A DNA stretch of 32,000 nt from Promethearchaeota archaeon (GTDB lineage: Archaea > Asgardarchaeota > Hermodarchaeia > Hermodarchaeales > Hermodarchaeaceae), in contig JBHLMI010000016.1 in NCBI GenBank assembly GCA_048938295.1, positions 24,625-56,624 on the forward strand, read 5' to 3'. Positions 8,554-16,790 of the stretch are shown one piece after another; the stretch's first letter is position 1; the number at the start of each line of letters is the position of its first letter. Under the pieces are notes generated by a model that had not been told where the DNA came from, ran no database searches, and saw only the letters and a list, made by a program, of their open reading frames with translations. A program made the translations under genes and the position numbers.

Positions 8554-9264
8554 CTAAAACATATTCGGGGAAATGTTTTGGCGGGATACAAGTGATCGCG
8601 TCTCTTCAATGTGAGTTCCGATTTCTTTGCGGATCACTTCGATACGATCCGCCTCAAGATAAGGCTCCATGGTCCATAGGAGCAATCCAGTATAGAGTTC
8701 CTTTGGATCTATGAGTTCCTCAATATTCCGGATTGTTTTCAATCGAAACAGGTACTCGTCCTCGTACATGCAGACTATTTCACAAAGCTTCCGGCTAAGG
8801 GCATCGACGTTTTCAACCAATTGATGAATCCGTGGTTCATTGCTTCCCTCAGAGCTGAGCAGATTGCCTCCACGGCGTTGCAACTCAGAGACCCGTTTTT
8901 CCATTAACCGCATTTTTCTGATCGAGCTTTCAAAATCAGATGCTAGGGCTAACAACTTGGGGAGCACCTTATCGAGGAGTCCCATGTTTTTGGTGATAGC
9001 TCGATCGATGATACCCTCAAAAGAAGTGAGTTTTCCAAGATCCTCGATATTACGAAGGTAATTGATTTTGGATAATGAGCCAAGGATGACTCGAATGGGT
9101 CGAAGTGAACTGCGGTGTGCTGATTCCCACCGATTCATGGCGTCGTCCAGACCTCCCGTGACTTCCCGCATTGAGCGCCCGAACTCACGGATGACCGCAG
9201 CAAGATGGTCTTCATCCATTGATTGAGAATTCCCTAAGGAATCTGCAGACTTAACGACCCGCAT
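8554..9264 (-). CDS. All-helical protein, candidate CINP/C1orf109(AIRIM)-like
   Basis: Long clean ORF; ATG at 9264 follows AAGGTGG (the ORF track starts at 9273). Motifs MNRWESAHR, LTSFEGIIDRAITKNM, MYEDEYLFRLK, DPKEL, LLLWTMEPYLE resemble eukaryotic CINP/C1orf109 as I recall them. Confidence 0.6.
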   Translation of the reverse strand: MRVVKSADSLGNSQSMDEDHLAAVIREFGRSMREVTGGLDDAMNRWESAHRSSLRPIRVILGSLSKINYLRNIEDLGKLTSFEGIIDRAITKNMGLLDKVLPKLLALASDFESSIRKMRLMEKRVSELQRRGGNLLSSEGSNEPRIHQLVENVDALSRKLCEIVCMYEDEYLFRLKTIRNIEELIDPKELYTGLLLWTMEPYLEADRIEVIRKEIGTHIEETRSLVSRQNISPNMF

Positions 9265-9328
9265 CCTAACCACCTTAGAGTAGTCGGCGAATTTAACTTC
9301 TTTGCTTTGTGCATTGTAGAAAAAACCA

Positions 9329-9358
9329 CGCTATAAAAAGGGCTTTTTAAGCATAGCG
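9329..9358. promoter_or_regulatory. Overlapping back-to-back (bidirectional) BRE/TATA promoter
   Basis: TAAAAAG-GG-CTTTTTA inverted repeat (9334-9349) flanked by CGCTA/TAGCG; gives TTTTTAAG on + and TTTTTATAG on -, between divergent genes. Confidence 0.55.
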
Positions 9359-9396
9359 ATATGATGTAAGACGCAGCTCTTGAATGAGGTTTCGAC

Positions 9397-10776
9397 ATGA
9401 CATGGACGCCCTGCTTCGGCACTAGCGGTATTCGTGGCTCTGTCCCCGATGAACTCAATCCTAGGGTTGCTTGGCAAATTGGCTATAGCGTTGCCACGGT
9501 TTTCAACCGGGCACCTCTGTTGGTCTGCCATGATAACCGTACAAGCAGCCCATTGCTGACAAATGCCATCGTTAGTGGATTAATGGCAGGAGGATCTGAC
9601 GCTCTTTATGGAGGTGAAGTCATCACACCAGCTGTGAGCCTGTATCTCCGCTACTGTGATTTGGCGGGGGCAATACTAATCACCGGGAGTCATATTCCCG
9701 CTCATATGTCTGGGATTGAAGTACTCAGCCATGATGGCGCGCCAGTCGCACATGATGTTGAATTGCAGATCGAAGCGCTCAATGTGTCGAAAGCCACACC
9801 TGTGAATTGGCGAAACCATGGACGGCTTCGACAAGTAACCGATGTAGGCTCCTTTTGGATTAAAAAGGTCGTAGCACAAGTGGATGCAGATCTCATTGCC
9901 AGACGAAAATTTCGCGTTGTTGTCGATGCTGCAAATGGAACAGCCATCCCCTGGCTGCTAGATGCCATCAAACAACTGGGTTGTACTGTCATTGGGCTTA
10001 ACACCGAACGGGATCCCATGTTTCCCGGTCGGTCCCCGAATTTACGGGTTAACTTATTGGAACAAGCGGTTCAGTTGGTGAAACAACATAAGGCGGATTT
10101 GGGTGTCGCCGTTGATGGTGATGCTGACCGTGCATTTTTCGTCGACGATAAAGGACGGGCAATCATGGGGGATGTTTCTGGCACACTACTGGCTCAAATC
10201 GAATTGACCCGTGAAGGGGGAGGCACCATCGTCACACCCATCAATTCTAGTAACCTCGTTGAAGATGTCGTTGGACAATTCAAAGCTCGCATCGTATATA
10301 GCCGCATAGGACCACCAGCGATAGTGGCGGCCATCAAGAAGTATAACGCACTATTTGCTTTTGAGGAATCTGGTAAAATCATCTACCCCCACCTCAACTA
10401 CCTTTCAGATAGTGGTCTTGGCACTGCCTATCTGTTGGAGCATTTAGCAAAAACCGAAAAGCCACTAAGTGAGATTATTGATACATTCCCCAAGTATACC
10501 CAATTGAAACGCGCAATTGATTGCCCGAATGGTCTCAAAGAAGCTGTTAGCTTGCATGCACTTGAAATGGTGAGAAAAGATTATCCCAATGTGCAAGTCA
10601 ATACCGTAGATGGAGTCAAAGTCATTTTCGATGATGGCTGGTTGCTGCTTCGTCCCTCCGGTACAGAACCAGTCTTTCGCTGCTTTGCAGAATCCCGTCA
10701 GGAAAAACGAGCTCAGGAACTCCTTGCACTCGGGCTCGATTGGATTGGAGATGTACTCAAATCTGCTGCTTCATAA
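9397..10776 (+). CDS. Alpha-D-phosphohexomutase #2 (divergent specificity)
   Basis: FGTSGIRG, variant ITGSHIPAHMSGIE, DGDADR, AFEESGK, RPSGTEP; GAGGT SD. Confidence 0.9.
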   Translation: MTWTPCFGTSGIRGSVPDELNPRVAWQIGYSVATVFNRAPLLVCHDNRTSSPLLTNAIVSGLMAGGSDALYGGEVITPAVSLYLRYCDLAGAILITGSHIPAHMSGIEVLSHDGAPVAHDVELQIEALNVSKATPVNWRNHGRLRQVTDVGSFWIKKVVAQVDADLIARRKFRVVVDAANGTAIPWLLDAIKQLGCTVIGLNTERDPMFPGRSPNLRVNLLEQAVQLVKQHKADLGVAVDGDADRAFFVDDKGRAIMGDVSGTLLAQIELTREGGGTIVTPINSSNLVEDVVGQFKARIVYSRIGPPAIVAAIKKYNALFAFEESGKIIYPHLNYLSDSGLGTAYLLEHLAKTEKPLSEIIDTFPKYTQLKRAIDCPNGLKEAVSLHALEMVRKDYPNVQVNTVDGVKVIFDDGWLLLRPSGTEPVFRCFAESRQEKRAQELLALGLDWIGDVLKSAAS

Positions 10777-10803
10777 TATAGCGACATTAAATGGAGAAAT
10801 ATC

Positions 10804-12207
10804 ATGTCTTCAACACAATCCTTGTTTGGAAGCTCAGGTATCCGGGGAAAAGTCAATGAGTTCATCACCGGTCCATTGGCTATCCAAATTGGTCTAGCTA
10901 CCGCAGACTATCTACGAGCTTTAGAGAAGCATCCACAGATTATGGTGGGGCATGATCATCGGACTACTGGTCCGATGCTGACTTCGGCGTTAATGGCAGG
11001 CCTTCTTGAGGGGGGAGTTACAGTTACAAAAACCGAGATGGCACCCACACCCTCCATTGCCTATGCGGCGGGAAAAAAGGGCATGCACGCATCGATAATT
11101 GTGACCGCGAGTCACAACCCTCCCGAATACAATGGTTTCAAATTTCACAATCCCGATGGGGCTGGCTTCTCAGCGACCCAACAGGATGAACTCGAAAAGC
11201 GGATTACGAAAGTTGAACCCGTAGATTGGACGCATTTCACTGATTTTACTTCGGTTGAAGTCATCCCACATCACCTCGATGCTATAGTGAATGCCTGCGA
11301 TGTGAATAGGTCATACAATGTTGTTATAGACGGCGCACTCGGCGTCGGAAGCCTGGTCACCCCCCCAGCACTTCAACAACTACACGCAAGCGTCAAACCC
11401 CTTAATGCTCCCCCCGATGGGCAGGAATATGCACACCATTGCCACCCATCAAAGATACAAAGTGCCGCAGCAGCGGAATGGCAGCATTTTGTACATCTTG
11501 ATAATCTCAGCGAAATCGTCACCTCAACTAAAGCACACGTCGGAATCGCCCATGATGGCGATGCAGACCGCGTTTTAGCAGTCGATGATAAAGGACGAGT
11601 TCTAGCAGGGGATATCCTCTTGGCATTAGTGGCAGACTACTACCTCGCTACCCGGGGAGGTAAGGTCATTGCCACTACCGTGTCAAGCTCGAGCATCGTC
11701 GATCATGTTGCAAAGCATCATGGTGCACGGGTTGAGCGGTCCCGTGTTGGTGATGTGTTTGTTTCCAATCTAGTCAAAGAACATCAAGCCGTGATGGGTG
11801 CCGAACCCTCTGGGCCTTTCATCTTCCCAGAGGTACATTATTGTCCTGATGGACCACTTGCTGCATGTAAGATACTTGAACTCCTCGAATGGGCAAACCG
11901 GTCCCTAAGTCAGCTCGTCGATGATCTACCATCAACCCATTTACTCAGAGCATCTGTAACTTGTCCCAACGAGAAAAAAGACACTGTGATGAAAGCAATC
12001 AAATCAGTATTCGAAGAACGGATGGACATCGAAGACGTGAACCAAATTGATGGTATTCGTGCCAGTTTCCATGACTCCAGCTGGGTGCTCATCAGACCAT
12101 CCGGTACAGAACCCGTCATCCGTGTCACAGTTGAAGCATTTTCAGCACAAAGGGCAAAGGACCTTCTCAAAGCTGCCCAACAGACGCTAAAACGGCAAAT
12201 CAGGTAA
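10804..12207 (+). CDS. glmM: Alpha-D-phosphohexomutase #3, probable phosphoglucosamine mutase
   Basis: FGSSGIRG, VTASHNPPEYNGFK, DGDADR, GAEPSG (close to the archaeal GlmM GEPSG loop), RPSGTEP; adjacent to glmU. Specificity is inferred. Confidence 0.75.
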   Translation: MSSTQSLFGSSGIRGKVNEFITGPLAIQIGLATADYLRALEKHPQIMVGHDHRTTGPMLTSALMAGLLEGGVTVTKTEMAPTPSIAYAAGKKGMHASIIVTASHNPPEYNGFKFHNPDGAGFSATQQDELEKRITKVEPVDWTHFTDFTSVEVIPHHLDAIVNACDVNRSYNVVIDGALGVGSLVTPPALQQLHASVKPLNAPPDGQEYAHHCHPSKIQSAAAAEWQHFVHLDNLSEIVTSTKAHVGIAHDGDADRVLAVDDKGRVLAGDILLALVADYYLATRGGKVIATTVSSSSIVDHVAKHHGARVERSRVGDVFVSNLVKEHQAVMGAEPSGPFIFPEVHYCPDGPLAACKILELLEWANRSLSQLVDDLPSTHLLRASVTCPNEKKDTVMKAIKSVFEERMDIEDVNQIDGIRASFHDSSWVLIRPSGTEPVIRVTVEAFSAQRAKDLLKAAQQTLKRQIR

Positions 12208-12212
12208 GGAGT

Positions 12213-13478
12213 CTAGTGTCGATCTTCTATTGTCGTTTGCTTGAGCTTAACATGCACATTGTCAGGTACATCCTTTTGGACAACAATCGAGGGATCAATC
12301 CATGAGTTATACCCAATAGTTCGACCTGGTAACACAACTGCTCCACAGCCGATTTTCGAAGCGTCCCCGATGACAGCGCCAAATTTGTCTGTATGTGTAG
12401 ACACTAATTGCCCTCCTAGCATTACCTGAACCTCTGAACCATCAAATCGGTAGTTAGCCAACACGACACTCGCCCCGATCTCTACATCAAAACCAAGGAT
12501 ACTATCACCAACAAAGGCGAGATGACCAATTCTACTTCCAGGTAACATCACGGTATTACGAACTTCACAGGAAAAGCCGGCTCGTGCTCCTTGATCGATC
12601 ACAACGTGATCACGAATTAAGCAATTGTTGCCCACAATGGCATTGGGACCGATATAAACGGGTCCCACTAAGGCTGCCCCAGGAAACACTCGGGCGTGCG
12701 ACCCTATCCACACATCTCCACTGAGATGTGCAGAATCACTAACTGTTGCGGTTGGATGAATGGAATCGCCTTTCTGTTGACGTAATCGGTCGAAGAGGAT
12801 GGGAGACGCCTCGAGGATATTCCAACTGCGTCCAACGTCAACCCAGGAATCCTTTGAATGGCTCCCGTGGACAGTATGCCCTTCGTCGATGAGTTTCTGA
12901 ATCCCCCCTTCCAAATCCTGAGTCTTTCGAAGCATGTCAAAGATTGCATTGGTGAAAACGTAGACTCCTGCTACGGCAAGATTACTTGGCTCCGTTCCCT
13001 TCTTTGGTTTCTCAACAATAGTTGTGATCTCAGTCCCTTCCAAAGCCACAACCCCAAACTGCCAAGGGTTCGGCACCTCAAACAATGATAAAGCCATATC
13101 GCTAGATTTGGCAGCTTCTACTGTCGCCTTGAAGCGTCTCGTTGTAGTGATGATGTCACAATCAGTCATTAGGAAACGGTCCTCGTCCGCTAGGCGATCT
13201 TCGGCGGCTAGGACTGCGTCGTATTCTCCTTTCGGTTCAGTCTGCTTTGAGTAGCTGATAGTAACTCCGAAGTCTTCCCCTTCACCAAAATACGCTTCAA
13301 TTTGCTCACAGAAGTGACCTACAACTAGCACAATGTCTTTCATACCCGCTTCGCGGACTGTATCAATCACATGGTGCAGCATCGGTTTGCCAAGAAGCGG
13401 TATCATGGCCTTTGGTCGATGCTGAGTCAAAGGATGTAATCTTGTGCCATACCCAGCCGCGAGAATTAGTGCCTTCAA
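12213..13478 (-). CDS. glmU: Bifunctional sugar-1-phosphate nucleotidylyltransferase/acetyltransferase (archaeal GlmU-type)
   Basis: KALILAAGYGTRLHPLTQHRPK, EKP, WVDVGR, C-terminal hexapeptide repeats. TTG at 13478 lies 2 nt after the cysS stop. Confidence 0.88.
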   Translation of the reverse strand: MKALILAAGYGTRLHPLTQHRPKAMIPLLGKPMLHHVIDTVREAGMKDIVLVVGHFCEQIEAYFGEGEDFGVTISYSKQTEPKGEYDAVLAAEDRLADEDRFLMTDCDIITTTRRFKATVEAAKSSDMALSLFEVPNPWQFGVVALEGTEITTIVEKPKKGTEPSNLAVAGVYVFTNAIFDMLRKTQDLEGGIQKLIDEGHTVHGSHSKDSWVDVGRSWNILEASPILFDRLRQQKGDSIHPTATVSDSAHLSGDVWIGSHARVFPGAALVGPVYIGPNAIVGNNCLIRDHVVIDQGARAGFSCEVRNTVMLPGSRIGHLAFVGDSILGFDVEIGASVVLANYRFDGSEVQVMLGGQLVSTHTDKFGAVIGDASKIGCGAVVLPGRTIGYNSWIDPSIVVQKDVPDNVHVKLKQTTIEDRH

Positions 13479-13480
13479 TC

Positions 13481-14935
13481 TTATTCCCACTTCCATACGG
13501 TTCCGGTCTTTTCGTCTTCTAAGATAATACCCAAGTCCTTGAGTTGATTACGGACCTGGTCCGCTGTTTTGAAATCTTTTTGTTTGCGAGCTTGATCCCG
13601 AATTTGAATTAGCAGCCTCACTAATCCGTCAACCATTCGGTCATCGTCTGCACTTGACCGCATCCGTTCACGGTATAGCCCTAACACCTCACCAACAGCA
13701 TCAAGACTTGTGAAGATTTTTTCTAACGTCCCTGCAGTCACCGATTGATTCCCTGCTACCATACTATTCATTGTAGTCAGGAATTTATTCAGGCTAGCGA
13801 GGGTTTCAGGGGTATTGAAATCATCATCCATAGCTGAATCAAATTCATGCTCGAAAGTGGATAGCGCGTCCCACAGCTTGGTATCTGCCTCCGATGGCTT
13901 CCTCGGATTCTTTGTTTCCTCCATCCGGGCTTCGCGAAGCCGGTGCTGAAGAAGATCGATTGAGTTGTGAATTCGTGCCAACCGAGCCTTTGCTTCCTCA
14001 AGCTGAGCATCACTGAAATCAACTGGGCTTCGATAATGTGATGAAATGAGGAATAAGCGAACGATCTCTGGATCATATTTCGCCGTAATTTCTTGGATGG
14101 TGAAAAAGTTCCCCAACGATTTGGACATCTTCTCGCGATTCACCGTTAAGAAACCATTATGCATCCAATACCGAACGAAGGGTTGACCCGCTAAGGCCTC
14201 AGATTGAGCAATCTCATTTTCATGATGGGGGAATACCAAATCAAGGCCACCCCCATGAATATCAATGGGGTAGCCTAGATACTTAGTCGACATGACCGAA
14301 CATTCAATATGCCAGCCTGGGCGACCTTTTCCCCACGGAGAGTCCCAACTCGGTTCACCTGGCTTCATAGCTTTCCATAACGCAAAGTCCTCTGGATGCT
14401 CTTTCTCTTCGATCACTCCGGCATCCTGATCTTCCTGCTCAAATGGCGTCTCCTCCCCCTTGTCCCGACGTGATAGGCGACCGTATTGTTTGAACTTTGA
14501 TACCCGGAAATACACGCTACCATTTGCCTCGTAGGCAACCCCTTTCGCGATTAATTTGTTGATGTGTTCAATCATCTCTTGGATGTGCTCGGTAGCCTTC
14601 GGATAAGCGGTGGCACGTTTCACAAACAGCTTATCAAAATCCTCAAAATACTCGTGGATATACTTCGCTGCTAACTTGGCCGTGGTCGTGTTCTGCTCTT
14701 GTGCACGATTTATCATCTTATCATCGATATCCGTGAAGTTTTGGATAAAGCGCATATCATAGCCCTTATACTCCAGATAACGTCGAATTACATCAAAGGC
14801 CACAATTGATCGCGCATGGCCCAAATGTGCTGAATCATACACCGTGGGTCCACAGACATACATGCGAATCTCGCCCTCATGTAGAGGTTTGAAGGGCTCT
14901 TTCTTCCGTGAGAGCGTATTGTATACCTGTAACAT
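13481..14935 (-). CDS. cysS: Cysteinyl-tRNA synthetase
   Basis: YVCGPTVYD, HLGH, GRPGWHIECS, DIHGGGLDLVFPHHENE, KMSKS. ATG at 14935. Confidence 0.98.
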   Translation of the reverse strand: MLQVYNTLSRKKEPFKPLHEGEIRMYVCGPTVYDSAHLGHARSIVAFDVIRRYLEYKGYDMRFIQNFTDIDDKMINRAQEQNTTTAKLAAKYIHEYFEDFDKLFVKRATAYPKATEHIQEMIEHINKLIAKGVAYEANGSVYFRVSKFKQYGRLSRRDKGEETPFEQEDQDAGVIEEKEHPEDFALWKAMKPGEPSWDSPWGKGRPGWHIECSVMSTKYLGYPIDIHGGGLDLVFPHHENEIAQSEALAGQPFVRYWMHNGFLTVNREKMSKSLGNFFTIQEITAKYDPEIVRLFLISSHYRSPVDFSDAQLEEAKARLARIHNSIDLLQHRLREARMEETKNPRKPSEADTKLWDALSTFEHEFDSAMDDDFNTPETLASLNKFLTTMNSMVAGNQSVTAGTLEKIFTSLDAVGEVLGLYRERMRSSADDDRMVDGLVRLLIQIRDQARKQKDFKTADQVRNQLKDLGIILEDEKTGTVWKWE

Positions 14936-14982
14936 AGCGTCTCCCATCTGAATCAGCAGTGCACCCGGTATAAAATACTTTA

Positions 14983-15930
14983 TTACGATCTCCGTTTCTG
15001 CGCCTTTGCAGCCGCTAGAACGGTTTGTGCTAGCTTCTTTTTACGGGCTATAGATGTCATGAGTGTCTGTTCAATTACGACTCTCATTCCTAACTCCTCG
15101 ATACGGGATGCAAGATGTCGATCCTCTTTGTCGATCACCATAACATCGAGGAACTCCTGATAGATTTGTGCCACTCCCACAGCTGACACTTCAATACCCT
15201 TACCTTCCATAAATTTGTCTGCCGGACCTTTCACTGGTTTCCCCCCAATAATCGGTGAAACGGCAATCTTGATAGCATCAGTGTTTTTGACTCCTTCTTT
15301 GATACCAGGTACAGCTAAAATAGGTCCGATACTGACAATGGGATTACTGGGACATATGATGATAATCTCTGCATGTTCTATCGCTTCTAGAACATCTGGA
15401 CTTGGTGCAGCACTATCGATGCCATCAAAAAGAACATCCTCAACAGTATCTTGGGCCTTTCGCTTCACAAGATACTCTTCGAAATGGACTAATCCGATAT
15501 CGGTGACAACACGTGTTGGCACCCACTGCTCTGTCATGGGGATAATACGACAACGGACTCCCAGCAATTCGCTAATTACCTTTGTGGCTTTCGAAAGTGA
15601 CCAACCCTGTTGCAGCATTGCGGTTCGTGCAAGGTGGGTGCCCAGGTCTCGGTCGCCTAGCGAAAACCAGGTATCAAATCCCAACTTCTGAAGCGCCTGT
15701 AAGGCATGAAATGTATCTCCTTCTATCCCCCAGCCTTTCTCCGGATCCACAATCCCAGCAAGGGTGTATGTGACGATATCCACATCAGGAGAAATGTACA
15801 AACCCATGAAATTTGCCATATCATCTCCGGTGTTAACGATAATCGTAAGTTCATCAGATGGCAGCACCCTGACAAGTCCTTCTAAAAACCGTGCTGCACC
15901 CACGCCGCCAGCTAACGCTACCACTGACAT
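14983..15930 (-). CDS. cofD: 2-phospho-L-lactate (or PEP) transferase for F420 biosynthesis
   Basis: LAGGVGAARF, VNTGDD, SPDVDIVTY, WFSLGDRD, PSNPIVSIGPI, VSPIIGGKPVKGPA. ATG at 15930. Confidence 0.95.
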   Translation of the reverse strand: MSVVALAGGVGAARFLEGLVRVLPSDELTIIVNTGDDMANFMGLYISPDVDIVTYTLAGIVDPEKGWGIEGDTFHALQALQKLGFDTWFSLGDRDLGTHLARTAMLQQGWSLSKATKVISELLGVRCRIIPMTEQWVPTRVVTDIGLVHFEEYLVKRKAQDTVEDVLFDGIDSAAPSPDVLEAIEHAEIIIICPSNPIVSIGPILAVPGIKEGVKNTDAIKIAVSPIIGGKPVKGPADKFMEGKGIEVSAVGVAQIYQEFLDVMVIDKEDRHLASRIEELGMRVVIEQTLMTSIARKKKLAQTVLAAAKAQKRRS

Positions 15931-15934
15931 AGAC

Positions 15935-16555
15935 TCAGCATCCCTCTCCTTTGATGAATCTAACAAGTTTCTCAAGAGGTTGCCTTGGAGGTGGATCCGG
16001 CATATCATCAGCATATCCCAAAGTAACAAGAGCCTGTGGAATGACGGTCTCTGGTAATCTTAGAATCTGTTGCACAGTATCTGGACAAAACAAGGGGGCA
16101 CAAAACCAACATCCTGCTAAACCCTCTGCATGCGCTGTAAGAAGCAGTGTTTGGATCGCGGCTGCTACACTTTGAACAGCCATTGTGTATTCAGCACGTT
16201 GACGTTTATCATCCGGATATACATCCATTGGTTCCATCGTAAGACACGCGAGGATGAGAACCGGAGCGCTTGTAAACCGTGTGATAGAAGTGGCTACCAA
16301 TTCGTCTATCTTCATCGGTTCCTCTCCATCTGCTGTCAAATCCTGTCGCAACACATTCCCCATCGCATTTGCAAGTCTCGCCTTTTCCTTCATAGACTGC
16401 AACACGAAGAACCGCCAAGGCTGGGCGTTATGCGCCGAAGGCGCCCATAAGGTTGCCTCAAGGACGCGGTTAAGCTGAGCCAATGCAACGGGCTTTTCCT
16501 TCAATTCACGAATACTCCGTCGGCTCGTAATTAACTCATAAAACTGCCGCATCAA
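15935..16555 (-). CDS. FMN nitroreductase resembling the FbiB C-terminal/FbiE dehydro-F420 reductase domain
   Basis: RRSIR, APSAHNAQPWRF, RQDLTADG, VYPDDKRQRAEYTMAVQSVAAAIQTLLL, GCWFCAPLF; 4 nt upstream of cofD, same strand. Confidence 0.8.
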   Translation of the reverse strand: MMRQFYELITSRRSIRELKEKPVALAQLNRVLEATLWAPSAHNAQPWRFFVLQSMKEKARLANAMGNVLRQDLTADGEEPMKIDELVATSITRFTSAPVLILACLTMEPMDVYPDDKRQRAEYTMAVQSVAAAIQTLLLTAHAEGLAGCWFCAPLFCPDTVQQILRLPETVIPQALVTLGYADDMPDPPPRQPLEKLVRFIKGEGC

Positions 16556-16704
16556 AATTCACTCCACCGTACTAGAATAGATACACTTTGCCTTTCAATC
16601 CCTTATAGGCTATGCTCAGTCGCCTTGTTAACTCCTTAATCAGTTTATTATCATCCGCAATCTAGACAAATACTTAAGAACGCGTGTTTCGCGGCACTAG
16701 GTGG

Positions 16705-16750
16705 ACTTTGAAGAGAAGGCTAGCCTCTTCAGAGTGTGTGCATTGCACTC
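16705..16750 (+). promoter_or_regulatory. Candidate structured 5' leader with two overlapping hairpins
   Basis: ACTTTGAAGAG/CTCTTCAGAGT (11 bp, one G-U) and GAGTGT/GCACTC share 16732-16735; TACTTAAG TATA-like element near 16671. Confidence 0.3.
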
Positions 16751-16790
16751 ATGCGGCTACAAAGGCAACTCCAATCTTAAGGTGGATATC

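Noticed and set aside
11401-11520. Compensated frameshift as the explanation for the odd loop in mutase #3
   Set aside because: Neither alternative frame yields the FPxxxPEP motif.
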